From the human T2T-CHM13v2.0 reference genome, Homo sapiens, in assembly GCF_009914755.1 (NCBI RefSeq), contig NC_060944.1: 64,000 bases of DNA, one strand, 5' to 3'. Each line of letters begins with the position of its first letter. The stretch's first letter is position 1. Below, one piece after another: positions 14,609 through 30,289 of this stretch. Made by a program: the position numbers and the translations under genes. The notes below the pieces were generated by a model. It saw only the letters and a program-made list of their open reading frames with translations. It was not told the origin of the DNA and searched no databases.

Positions 14609-17600
14609 TTTATATATATATAAATATATATATATTTTATATATACAAATATATATATAAATATATATTTATATATATTTATATATAATATATTATATAT
14701 AAATATATTTATATATAATATATTATATATAAATATATTATATATAAAATATTATATATAAATATATATATTTATATATATAAATATATATAAATATATA
14801 TATATATAAAAATACCAGCACATCAGTATCAGGAATAAATGGGCTGGGCAGTATATATATATATATATGTATATATATATACTGTTTTTCATATATATAT
14901 ACTGTCTTATATATATATATACTGTTTTACATATATATACTGTTTCATATATATAATGTTTTATATATATACTGTTATATATATTATATGTACTGTTATA
15001 TATTTTTTATATATATACTGTTATATATATTTTTTATATATACTGTTATATATTATATATATACTGTTATATATATATTTTACATATATACTGTTATATA
15101 TATATTTTATATATATATACTGTTATATATATATATTTTATATATGTATACTGTTATATATTTATATTTTTTATATGTATACTGTTATATATATATTATA
15201 TGTATACTGTTATATATATATTTTATATGTATACTGTTATATATATATATTTCATATATATATACTGTTATATATATTTTATATATATATACTGTCATAT
15301 ATATATTTTATATATATACTGTCATATATATATTTTATATATATATACTGTCATATATATATTTTATATATATATACTGTCATATATATATTTTATATAT
15401 ATATACTGTCATATATATTTTATATATATACTGTCATATATATATTTTATATATATACTGTCATATATATATTTTATATATATACTGTCATATATATATT
15501 TTATATATATATACTGTCATATATATATTTTATATATATACTGTCATATGTATATTTTATATATATACTGTCATATGTATATTTTATATATATACTGTCA
15601 TATGTATATTTTATATATATATACTGTTATATATATATTTTATATATATATACTGTTATATATATATTTTATATATATATACTGTTATATATATATTTTT
15701 ATATATATACTGTTATATATATTTTTTTATATATATACTGTTATATATATTTTTATATATATACTGTTATATATATATTTTATATATATACTGTTATATA
15801 TATATTTTATATATACTGTTATATATATATATTTTATATATATACTGTTATATATAATTTTTTTCATATATATACTGTTATATATATATTTTATATATAT
15901 ATACTGTTATATATATATTTTATATATATATACTGTTATATATATATTTTATATATATACTGTTATATATATATATTTTATATATATACTGTTATTTTTT
16001 ATATATATACTGTTATATATATATTTTATATATATACTGTTATATATATATTATCTATATACTGTTATGTGTATATTTTATCTATATACTGTTATGTGTA
16101 TATTTTATCTATATACTGTTATGTGTATATTTTACCTATATACTTTTATGTGTATATTTTATATATATACTGTTATGTGTATATTTTATATATATACTGT
16201 TATGTGTATATTTTTTATATATACTGTTATGTGTATATTTTATATATATATACTGTTATGTGTATATTTTATATATATATACTGTTATGTGTATATTTTA
16301 TATATATACTGTTATGTGTATATTTTATATATATACTGTTATATATAGTTCATATATATACTGTTATATGTATAGTTCATATATATACTGTTATATATAT
16401 AGTTCATATGTATACTGTTATATATATAGTTCATATATATACTGTTATATATATAGTTCATATATATACTGTTATATATATATAGTTCATATATATACTG
16501 TTATATATAGTTCATATATATACTGTTATATATATAGTTCATATATATACTGTTATATATATAGTTCATATATATACTGTTATATATAGTTCATATATAT
16601 ATACTGTTCTATATATAGTTCATATATATATACTGTTATATATATAGTTCATATATATATACTGTTATATATAGTTCATATATATATAGTTCATATATAT
16701 ACTGTTATATATATAGTTCATATATATACTGTTATATACATAGTTCATATATATACTGTTATATATATAGTTCATATATATATACTGTTATATATATAGT
16801 TCATATATATACTGTTGTATATAGTTCATATATATACTGTTATATATATAGTTCATATATTACTGTTATATATATAGTTCATATATATACTGTTATATAT
16901 ATATAGTTCATATATATACTGTTATATATAGTTTATATATATATACTGTTATATATATAGTTTATATATATATACTGTTATATATATAGTTTATATATAT
17001 ATACTGTTATATATATATAGTTTATATATATATACTGTTATATATATAGTTTATATATATATACTGTTATATATATAGTTTATATATATATACTGTTATA
17101 TATATAGTTTATATATACTGTTATATATATATAGTTTATATATATACTGTTATATATATAGTTTATATATATACTGTTATATATATAGTTTATATATATA
17201 CTGTTATATATATAGTTTATATATATACTGTTATATATATAGTTTATATATATACTGTTATATATATAGTTTATATATATATACTGTTATATATATAGTT
17301 TATAAATACTGTTATATATATAGTTTATATACTGTTATATATAGTTTATATATATATACTGTTATATATAGTTTATATATATATACTGTTATATATATAT
17401 AGTTTATATATATATACTGTTATATATATATAGTTTATATATATACTGTTATATATATATAGTTTATATATATACTGTTGTATATATAGTTTATATATAT
17501 ACTGTTATATATATATTTGTGTATATATACTGTTATATAAATATATTTGTGTATATATACTGTTATATATATATTTTATGTATATATACTGTTATATATA

Positions 17601-18141
17601 TATTTTATGTATATATACTGTTATATATATATTTTATGTATATATACTGTTATATATATATTTTATGTATATATACTGTTATATATATATTTTATGTATA
17701 TATACTGTTATATATATTTTATGTATATATACTGTTATATATATATTTTATGTATATATACTGTTATATCTGTATATTTTATGTTTATATACTGTTATAT
17801 CTGTATATTTTATGTATATATACTGTTATATCTGTATATTTTATGTATATACTGTTATATATATACTGTTATATATATACTGATATATATACTGTTATAT
17901 ATATACTGATATATATATACTGTTATATATATACTGTTATATATATATACTGTTACATATACATATATATACTGTTATATATATACTGTTATATATATTG
18001 TTATATATATACACATATATATATACATATATATATACATATATATATACATATATATATACATATATATATACACGTATATATATACATATATATATAC
18101 ACATATATATATATACACACACATATATATATATATATATA
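14609..18141. repeat. ~3.5-kb AT-rich VNTR built on (TA)n-CTGT-(TA)n units of roughly 22-30 bp
   Basis: TATATATACTGT recurs throughout with variant spacers TTTT, AGTTC, AGTTT, TTTTATGT. Confidence 0.97.
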
Positions 18142-18143
18142 CT

Positions 18144-19131
<988 letters not shown>

Positions 19132-21159
19132 TAATTATGACCATTTTCCCTGGCAAATATCTAAGTAACTTTAAGGTTTGTCGGGTCCTGTGTCATAGGT
19201 GTTGCCATGTGTGCTACCTTTTTCAGAAGGCCCCATTTACCTTGTAAACCTCTCTTCATCTCTAATAGGCCCTGTATGGGCTCTGCTGTCTCAGTTTTAA
19301 CTGTCTTCTGCTTGATGTGAGTTCAGCCTGGGGATATAAAGCTTTGCAGAGCCAATGCCTTTGCATTATTCCCTGAAAGCTTGACTAGGGAGGCCAATCA
19401 TTATGGGCCAGGGTGGGATTCCTTGAACTCTCTTGGAATGGGCTCACCAAGGACTATCTTTGGTTCTAGGAAAACCTATCATTTTCTTTCCTTTAAATTA
19501 AGCGTTTTCAGTGGCATTGGCTCAGCCAAGCATCCCTAGCATTTCTACTTCTCAACCATAGGTGAGTGGTGCTCCCATGAGTTGTGCAGTACACAACCTG
19601 CACAGCCATATGTGGCAGTTGTGCAGGGGTGGCAGTTCTGCCTACCCTCAGTGGAAGATGGATGGAGATTTGTTCTAAGGTAAACCTGGGATGCATTCCT
19701 CACATATGCAAGAAAGCTGAGTGAGTGTAAAATTAGAAGTCCATAGATGGAGAGAGGCAGAGAAACAGGACGGGGAGTCTCAATGGAATTCCAGTTCCTG
19801 GTGTTGTCTTGCAAGTCTGACTTGATCTCTGCCCTCCCCCTCATTTGATTATGTAAGCTTTCCAATCAATATTACTCTTTATTTATTTCTTTTTAGCATA
19901 AGTTAGGTTTCTGTCACCAACACATTCTGGCTAAAAGCCTGAGTCTTTTCCTTATCTTGCCCCAAATGGCCAGTTATTGTGGAATTCCACTGGGTTTTGG
20001 CTGTTGGATGAGGCACTGCGGGTATTTTGCTTATCCAGGTTGACTTTCCCATCTGTGACACTGGCCTACCTAATGAGGGATTCCAGCAAACAGGATGGCA
20101 TGCTGAGCTCTCAAAATAAACATGTATGGCAGCCTTTGCACACAGTATTCAGAAAACAATCCATTATCAGTGGCTTGCCGTTATTTTTTGGTCCCTAAAT
20201 GTATTTTCTGGCATTAAAAATAAAACAGCAGGTATGCTCCCTCCAAGAAGGAGAAGTGTGTGTGTAAATTGGGCCTTTTCTACTGGAGGGGGTGTTCTGG
20301 GGTACAAGTGAGGGCCCAGTGAGGGCTCAGGCTGACAATCAGGACTACTTGGAAAATAGTGTTCTCAAGAGTGGAGGAAGTGGGCTCAAAGGAGCTTGAG
20401 GAGACTATAGGGGGAAGCGCAGGACACCAGCCAAGGCAGTCCTGGAGTGTGCAAGGCCCAGGACCAAGATTTTTGGCGTGGCCCCTGTCTCTTTCTGTTC
20501 TAGTCCAGGAACCATCTCTTCATCTTTTTTCTGTTTGTTTATTTAATGTAAAATGTGCCATTCCTGCTTACTCTTATATTCTCATCACAAAAAATGGTAC
20601 ATTGTTTGGAACCTGTTACTATTGAAGATCTTGCTTTTGCAGTTCCCTAATACATTTATTTAATGCTGGATATATCATTATGTACGATGCTATATCATCT
20701 ATGGGTGGCTGACTTGTTCTCAAAGATAGTTACTGTGCCTTACTGATGAGAACTACAAATATAAATGTTGCCAAGAGTATGCAGGAAAATGTGCATGATA
20801 ATTTATTTTCTGGTCATGTTAAATTTACCACTGGGAATTTTTTTCTTCAATGTAGGACAACGCCTCTTACAACTGTATCTTGACCTCTTGAGGCCCAAAT
20901 CGCTGCATTCCTATAATGTGGTTGCTTTCAATGATGACTGCACCCCTGCCTTCCACATGCCACCATTAGCAGGGAGCACAGCAAGAGGCCTGTGAGCAGA
21001 GTGAGAAGAGCAAGCTCATTTAAGCAGGATACTTCCATCTCTTATTCTCCATGGCTTAAAACCGGTGAGAGAATAATGTCTCAACTGGAGGTGTGAAAGT
21101 ACATCAATAGGAGGTGTATGTTGGTGTTGGGGAGCAACATCTCAAAAATCCTTGGTGGA

Positions 21160-22174
<1,015 letters not shown>

Positions 22175-23097
22175 GAGGACATAGGCATGGCCAATCCTGG
22201 AGGACAGACTGACAGCTGATCCGGAGTCTGCCAAAGTGGTGAGGTGACTGCCCTGGAGTCAGCTGGGGAAGGGGTGCACAGGTAAAGGATGCCTGCCACA
22301 CGTATCCCCCTCCCCAAGATCACCCTGGCTGCAATAAGCCAGAGGTGGTACTCTGGTCTGAAGACAGAGGTATAAGCCAAGGCATATATCCACTCAGGCA
22401 GCTCAAGCACAAGCATTTGCAGAGCCCAGATCCTTGAACTCGTGCTGTGTCCAAGTGAGTGAAAGCATGTCAGCAGCATTTCTGACAGCCTAATCTCATA
22501 TAATCTAGTGAAAGAAATTCTACACCAGGCAGCAGGAGTGAGCTGCTTGCAAGGCTGCTCTCAGAACCAGATCTGGCCATGACGACTCCATAAACATGAA
22601 TTCTGGAGCTTCTCAGGGCATCTGGTTGACCCTACATATGTGTGAGAGATGGGTAGGGGTAAGAGAGAGGGTTGGAGAGCACCCTGAAGAGGAGAAACAG
22701 CAAATGGGACCCACAGGGAAAGGACTTGGTCTGGAGCTCGGTTGCCCTACCTAGATGGCACCACTCACCCTAGCTAGTCCCAGCCACTGGAGAGAGACTT
22801 AGAAAATTTCAAGGTAGAAAATTGTGGTCAACAAGAGTCACATGGGATCTGGTCTAGACAGAGACACCCTTCCTAAATGGCATTGCTAGCCCCAGAAGGG
22901 CACTTACAAACTTTTGAGGAATACAGTCCAAAGTGCAGGACCCTCTTAAGGCACAGAGTCTGGCACAAGGGGCCTCACTTGCCTGAATCTAATGGTGTTA
23001 CTACCATCAACCACTGGATACTATCCACTAAGAATTAACAGTAGGAGCAAGAAGGTGGGTTCAGCACTGAGCCAATGAAGTTTCTATCCGTCCCCTC

Positions 23098-23133
23098 ATC
23101 CATCCATCCATCCATCCATCCATCCATCCATCC
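23098..23133. repeat. (ATCC)n microsatellite
   Basis: About 9 copies of ATCC. Confidence 0.95.
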
Positions 23134-23339
23134 AACACATGTTCATTGAGCACTTAACACCATGCCAGTATTGTTTTAGGTTCAGGAAAACAGCAATGGG
23201 TCTGACCAACTATTTCTACCCCAAGCTGGTACTGCACAATTAAAAAAGAAGGAAAAATAAAACAAGAAAAAAATGGCCACAGACGTATCTCACATACAGC
23301 TGTTCATTTACAAACTTTTCTCAATTATGGTTCTTGAAA

Positions 23340-23990
23340 AGTGTTCCAATTACTGCGACTGTATACAATTTAACCCAAAACTTAGTGGTTGGGGTAAATG
23401 ACAATGTTTATTTTACTCATGAATCTGCTATATGGACTGCTCAATATTTTTCATGGATCCACATCTCTTATGGGCTGCTCTCAATAGGGTTAGTTTGTCC
23501 CTGCTCAGCTTGGTGTCAGGTTGGGGTGGAGGCTTGAAGCCTGGGGGCTGGAATCATCTGAAGGCTTCCTCACTCATATGTCTGGCTATTGATGCTGACT
23601 GTCACCAGAAACTTAGCTAGGGCTGGTAGCTGGAACACCTCTTCATGTTTTCCTTATGTGGCTTGGGCTTCCTCCCAACATGGTGGCTGGGGTCCCAGAG
23701 TGAGCATTGTGATAGGGAGCAAGCCAGGTAGAAGCTGTGTCTTCTTTATGACCTAGCCCCAGAAATCACATAGCATCACTTTTGCCCTATTGGTTAGAAT
23801 GGTCACAGACGCAGCCAGACTCAAGGAGAAGGAACATCAATCCCACTTCTCAGTGGGAGGAGTGTCGGTTACATCATAAGGAGAACCATGGGATGGATCA
23901 TATAGATTGGTATGGCATCTCCCAGAATGATGCTTTCAGGGTAAATAAAACAAAAAAGACTGGTGTAGTGATCTTTGGAAAAAAGTCTGT
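23340..23990 (-). mobile_element. MLT1-type MaLR LTR, diverged
   Basis: GGCTGGAATCATCTGAAGGCT, GGGCTTCCTCCCAACATGGTGGCTGGG and AGAAATCACATAGCATCACTTTTGCC are typical antisense MLT1 text. Confidence 0.65.
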
Positions 23991-24383
23991 CACAAAAGCT
24001 TATACCGCTGCTCCTCTTTTTTCCAATTCTGTGCCTTTCCAAACACACTATACACAATGATATTTTGACATTACAGTTCAGATGAAGACATTCCCCAGTT
24101 TAGTCGATGTTTCTAGTTAGAGATCATGCCGTGGAACAAATTTGAATTGTGCACTATGTTTGGAGATCCAAAATGTTTTACTATGTGTAGCATCTCATGT
24201 GTCTCTTAAGTTTATTGTACATGTGTGCTTTTCTCAAATGTTTCAAAGTGTTCTAATGTTTAGTCTTTAATTTTCCCTCAAGGTATATGTGCGTATGTGT
24301 GTTTTATTTTTATGTTTGTTTAAGTGAAGACTTCAAAAGTTTTAAAAAATTAGCAAAGAGTGCAGAAAAAACATATCTTTTAT

Positions 24384-24510
24384 GCCAGGCACAGTGATGT
24401 GTGCCTTTAGTTCCAGCTACTTGGGAGGCTGAGGCAGGTGGATCGCTTGGGCCTGGGAGTTTGAAGCCAGCCTGGGCAACATAGCGAGGCCCTGTGTCTT
24501 AAAAAAACAA
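24384..24510 (+). mobile_element. Alu monomer (FLAM-like)
   Basis: Single Alu arm with short A-tail. Confidence 0.8.
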
Positions 24511-24959
24511 ACCATCATTTAGAGAACCACTCACTTGCATCTCTCCTCCACCAACTTGCACCTAATATTAAATCTTGTCTTTCTGTCCAGAGCAGTAAGT
24601 CTTACTGCCTTACATGTTATGTAAAAACCATATTTTAAGCAAAATTATTTGTTTGTATAATTTTCTGTTGCATCAATATATTTTTTCTGTTAAAAATATT
24701 TAGGTGCCTTAGGCTGGAATTGAACACAATTTTGCCCATTTTAATTAATGGGAAAAATTTAACAGCTTTCCACTTAGAAGCAGAATTTCAGGAATGAATT
24801 GAAACCACTAGAAGGGTGATAGCTGTATTTTCATCATCTCCCCAAGGGCTTTGGGACAGCTTTCCCATCCTCTGTGCCTGTCACTTTTCCAATTCCCATC
24901 ACCCGTTGTTCTTCCAGTTAGTCACCCCTCCCTTGTCTGTTACAGGGGTTCAGTATTAA

Positions 24960-25410
24960 TTGTGTTAGAATGCATCTGGTTGCAAGTAACATAAAACTCA
25001 ACAAACTCTGGTATATATAAGATCCCTCATCCCGATAAGACAGGAAGGTAGTACAGGGTTTGTGTAGCTGCTTGAGTATGACTTAAACAAACAGGCTCCT
25101 GTCTTTCTGCTCCACCTTCCTCAGCACAGCCCTCCTCATGGCCTCTAGGCTGCTGTGCTCCCAGGTGTTACCCAGTTCCAAGCATGAAGCAGGGGAAAAG
25201 TGAAGGACACAAACTTCTCCAAGGGAAGAAGGAAGGGAAGGTCTCCTTTGATACTTCTGCCTACATCTCAGTGGCCAGGACTTTGTCTCACTGCCACCCT
25301 TAGCAGCAAAGAAAGTTGAGAGTTGTGTGCTTTGCTTTTCAGCCCCTGTAGTATAGAAAGGCAAGGGAGTGGTTGAAATAGATCTTGAGTTAGCCAACTA
25401 CATAATTTGT
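24960..25410 (-). mobile_element. MLT1-type MaLR LTR, diverged
   Basis: GGTTGCAAGTAACATAAAACTCAAC...ACTTCTGCCTACATCTCAGTGGCCAGGACT. Confidence 0.55.
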
Positions 25411-26269
25411 CACACTGTGTTTAATTGAAATGTATTGCTTGGATCCAGTGTCCTGGACATAGCCTCGTTCCTGTCCTAGCACATTCTTACCCTCCTTTTC
25501 CCTCTTCCTTCCTGTAGCTATTTTTCTGGGGGGTGAGGTGTGGTCTTGAGGAAACACTCTTCAGTTTTACCCTTTCTGTGAGGATACTAGTTCCCTTATC
25601 ACTCATTCCTCCATAGTCTCTTCTAACTGAGGTGAGGAGTCAGAATCTTCTTTGCTCCCTTCTGCTTTTCAGACAACCGTGCCTTCACCTCTACTCAACA
25701 CCCTGACCCCTCCTCCCTCTCTCAATACCCAAGGTCAGTCTCAAGGCCAGGTCCTCCGTGAAGAATTCCACCATCCCTCCCTCCTCTTCTTTCTCAGTCC
25801 AAGTTTCCTCCTTTAGATTCTCAAAGCACTTAAGCTGTACCTCTCCAATGGTATTATTTTCTTCGTTGAAGTGAAAGCAAATTATTGAAAGTGGTACTGT
25901 TTACAAAATGTCTAGCGCATGGCAGGTGCTCGAAGTAGTATCTCTTAGTATTATTACTACTGTCTTATCTCGATCAGATTCAGCTCTTTAATGAGAGGCT
26001 CTAAATCTTATGTTCGATTCACCTTTGTAACCCACACCGGGCCTGGAATAGAGCACTGTTCATAATTAATGCTGTGCCCGTGTAATAAGACGGCGGCGAG
26101 CAAAGGGCATCATTTCAGAGGAAGAGTGCTGTAATGGTGGGATGGGAGAAATTCCTAGAACCTAGGTGGGAGCCAGAATCTTGCAGAGAAGCCCCTTATC
26201 CGTCTGCACCGAAAGCAGGTAGAGTGGATGCCGTAAGATTCCTAAGGACGCAGGTAGAGCGCCTCCTCT

Positions 26270-27110
26270 GTGCCGCGATGAGGTAGGTGCATCCGTCACT
26301 TCACTCCTCCCTCTCCACTTGATCCGGAATGGGAGGAACGCAATGCGTCCCGCGCGGCGATCTGGGATAGCTGCGCAGGCGCAGCTTCCGGCTCTGTGTC
26401 TCGGGAATTATTTGACGCCACCGGTTCAGCCCCGTAGAAAGCTCTGATTAGGCGCACCGCGCACGCGCAGTGGCCCACTTGGCTGGGGAGTTATTTGACG
26501 CCGCCGCCCCTGGCAGTCGGAAGTTGCCTGAGCAGATCCCAGCCGGCTGGCTCGAGTGGCCTTCGTCGTCCCTTGGCGCCCTGGGAGAGTCGCTGACGGG
26601 TGGACTGACGGACCGCCTGAGGACGGCCGGCCAGGGCGGTGAAAGCGCCAGCCCTATGGCGCGGGTCGCGTGAGGCGGAAGGCCGAGGACGGCCGGCGGC
26701 GGCGCCCGCCCCGGCGATGCGGGCCCCGCCCGTCGCCTCAGGTAACCGGGCAGCCGGCCCCGCCGCGGCCGGACCCTCCCCTCTCCTTCCCTCTCTTCCC
26801 CACCTGGCGGTCAAGGGACGGCTGAGGCTTGTTTCTCGGCTCTGGGTGCTCCAGGGGCCCGGCCTTTGGAAGCTCATCTGCAAATTTTTGGGAGACCCAC
26901 GGGGGCGGGGAAAGCTTGGCCCTGGAGTGGGCGGCTGCTGTCGAGTCTGTGTAAACCCGGTCTAATCCTTGGGAGCTACCCCGGCCAGGCGAAGCTCTCT
27001 CCTGGCAACCTGGGGGAGGGGGCGGGTCTGGAGCGGAGCTAGACAACTCCCGCAAAGAATTTGGTCCAGCAGAAAGGTTAGGCAAGTTGCTGCCGCCCAG
27101 TGGGGACGAT
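26270..27110 (+). promoter_or_regulatory. RALGAPB: CpG-island promoter of RALGAPB
   Basis: Sharp rise in GC and CpG; NRF1-type TGCGCAGGCGCA at 26372-26383 and GCGCACGCGCA at 26459-26469; ETS cores CTTCCGG at 26385-26391 and CGGAAGT at 26518-26524; no TATA box. Confidence 0.9.
26515..26741 (+). other. RALGAPB: RALGAPB exon 1 (5'UTR); start position approximate
   Basis: Within the CpG island; Inr-like CAGT at 26514-26517; donor CAG|GTAACC at 26742. Confidence 0.75.
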
Positions 27111-27179
27111 GCTGCCCATTGCACAGTGACACTTTGATGAGGGAGAGTTGATGATGGGAGTAAACAGCTAACCCCCATT

Positions 27180-27565
27180 AAGCGCTTCTTATCCGCCAGG
27201 CATCATGCCAGGCCATTACGTTCTCCACGTCTAACTTCACAGCAACCCTGTGAGGTAGGATTGTTGTCCCCATTTTACTGACGAGGCAACTGAGTCCCTG
27301 GGTGGTTGGGTGACTTAATTACCCAAGGTCACATAGCTAGTAATTTGAACCGGAGCATCCGACCCAAGTGCTTAACAATTAGGGCAGTGGCTCTCCAACT
27401 TTGCTACACTGTAGAATCACCTGGGGGAAATTGTAAAGGTTTCTGATGCCCATGTGGCATCCCAGACCAAAACAATCAGAATGTCTGGAGTTGAAAGCCA
27501 GACTTCAATATTTTTTTTTTAAAGATGCCCAAGTGATTCCAGCTTGCAGCAAAGTTTGGGAACCG
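27180..27565. mobile_element. MIR fragment (~27180-27350) followed by a MER5A-like hAT element (~27385-27565)
   Basis: CACAGCAACCCTGTGAGGTAGG...CCCATTTTAC; CAGTGGCTCTCCAACTTTG...AGAATCACCTGGGG...AAGTTTGGGAACC. Confidence 0.7.
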
Positions 27566-27956
27566 CATGTAATTTGATAATTCTGCATCTCAAAAAGCAT
27601 CTCTCTTTCTCCAGCTTAAGTGTGCAGGAGAATTGTCTGGGAGCTTGTTAAACTTGCAGGTTCCACCCGCAGAGATCTTTAGGTTGACTGACCACTACAC
27701 CTTGTGAAAGACTGTTAGGGATGGAATTCTCTGCAGGGATTCTGAGTCATCTGGAACATTTAAAATGTATGCATCTTATGCAAACTGCTCGTTTGCAATT
27801 TTCCTAAATATACAGTACTTATAGGTGTAGCGTCTCTAACCTCTGGGTCGTTTTTACATATGCTGGAAGTCTGCCTAGACCATCCTCTGAACGTTCTGGC
27901 CATCCCACCCAAACGCACACACTTCTGCTCTCTCCTATATGCATATACACACCCTT

Positions 27957-28251
<295 letters not shown>

Positions 28252-29280
28252 ACATACCCTTTTCTTCCTGTCTCTGGCTGCATTAGCTTTAAGCATTCCC
28301 TTCAAGATACCTCTGTCCCTGACCCCTACCCACCTTGAGTCCTTCCAATTTGCTCTTTAGGAACATCGTAGTGAAACTTATCAGTTATTTTTCTGAGTTG
28401 TAGTTCTATCCCTACTTCTAGATTATGAGAAGCTTTAGGGCAGGGACTATGTTTTCTTCATCTCTGTATTCCTTCCAGTGCTTTGACATACAGACTCACA
28501 AAGCTTTTACTCAGTGGAATGTTTGGGTCCTTTTATGTCATAGATAGATCATGTTGCGAACAGATTCTTCTCTATTTCCATTTTTGTAAAAGATGTTTGG
28601 TAGTTCCCAGCTTATAGAGTTTTGTTCTTTTTGCTTAGGAGTGAGTATTCTAGTTATGTTCAGCAATTTGTCCAGCAGTTGAACACACACATTGAGTTCT
28701 TACCAATTGCAAGGCACTCTGTAACTAACCATGTGCAATCAACATTGTTTGATTTTTAATGTCTGATTCTATCACAATCGGACGCAATCATGTCTGTAGG
28801 GAAAGTCTTTTTATTACTGTTAGACCTTTGCATGTGTTCCCTACTTCATTGTCCAAAAAAGTGTTTAGTTGTCATCCACTAAATGCCACTGCCTTGTTGG
28901 TATTTGGTAAATACAAGCAGATGGGATTGCCATTGGTAATGTTTGGTCCTGTTCACCAGGAGAGAGGACGTTAAGTACTTAATGAAGAGTAAAATCATGT
29001 TGTCACAGGAATTGACAAATTTAGCACATATTTATTGCAGAATGCCTGAACTGCCATTGCCCCATTTGCCATATTTACAAGTTTAAAGGAAGGCAGACCA
29101 ATAATTCAGATTGGATTTGTTCTTGGTTGGTCTTAAAACCATGTAAGGATTTGCAAAAGTTAGTGAATATGTGTGTGAAGGTCATTATGAGGAGGTTTTT
29201 GGACAATAAAGATTTTTTTTTGTATAGCAATTAAACATGACAAAGTATGTAGACTGAATTAAAAACACATTTCATAAAAT

Positions 29281-29589
29281 TTTTTTTTTCTTTTTTTTTT
29301 TTTTGAGATGCAGTCTCGCTCTGTCCCCCAGGCTGGAGTGTAGTGGCGCAATCTCAGCTCACTACAACCTCCGCCTCCTGGGTTCAAACGATTCTCCTGC
29401 CTCAGCCTCCTGAGTAGCTGGGACTACAGGCACCCACCACCACACCTGGCTAATTTTTTTGTATTTTTAGTTGAGAGGGGGTTTCGCCATGTTGGCCAGG
29501 TTCATGTCGAACTGCTGACCTTAAGTGATCTGCCTGCCTAGTCCTCCCAAAGTGCTGGGATTACAGGCATTAGCCACCGTCCCCAGCCC
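29281..29589 (-). mobile_element. Alu (AluS-like)
   Basis: Reverse-complement Alu consensus with T-tail. Confidence 0.9.
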
Positions 29590-30289
29590 ATAAAATATTC
29601 TTTATAAGGATTGTTATAGAAAAATTTTCTTGGTTCCGTTTTGTATTATTTGGTCAGTTTTTAGGCTTAGCACTAATAGAAACTGATGGGACAACTTATG
29701 TTAAATTCAGATACTCAAGAAACTTGTCCTTGTGTGTCTGATCAGATAGGGACACAGTATCCAGTTCTTGCTTTAGCACATGGAAGAAACTCAATCTTTA
29801 AGGCTGAAGGTTTAAGTCTGTAGTTGTGCCCCAAAGTAAAGGTGAAAAATTCCACATGCTCAGAGAACAAAAGTGACTCTAATCATGATAGCTTGGGACC
29901 TAGAAATGGATTCTGTTTAATACGAGGTACTCATCAGTGTTAGCAGGTGTGTTTCCTGACATGTGCAAAGACTTTTTGGGCAGAATAGTTGATTTTCTTT
30001 GGTGCGAGATGATTTAAGTTTTAAAATTAAGGTGCATGGAGTTTCATTCTAACTTTTTATAGATGCGGAAAGTAACTTGGTCAAGGCTACATGGTTAGCT
30101 TCTAGCACCTCCAGGACTAGAAAGCAGGCCTCCTTCCTCTGGACGGTGTCCCCTTTCGCCCCCGACCCCTTCCCCATGAGAAAGGTTGTCTTGTGTATTG
30201 TTGTGTTGTGTTTGCCTGTCTGTGTGTGCATGGGATAGGGAAGGGGAGAGAGTGATCTGCTATGTTTGAGAAACTCAATTAGATATCTA

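Noticed and set aside
14851-17900. Regular ACTGT repeats with variable spacers that superficially resemble a CRISPR array
   Set aside because: Eukaryotic DNA; the spacers are low-complexity TA runs rather than unique sequences; no cas genes.
20560-20900. Non-repetitive-looking intergenic stretch, possible pseudogene fragment
   Set aside because: No recognisable protein similarity; may be an old repeat I cannot identify.
26643-26741. In-frame N-terminal extension of RALGAPB from exon 1
   Set aside because: The frame is open back to TGA at 26640-26642 but has no ATG, only a GTG at 26670 in weak context.
26296-27178. Several GC-rich ORFs over the CpG island
   Set aside because: Expected from stop-codon scarcity in GC-rich DNA; no homology recognised.
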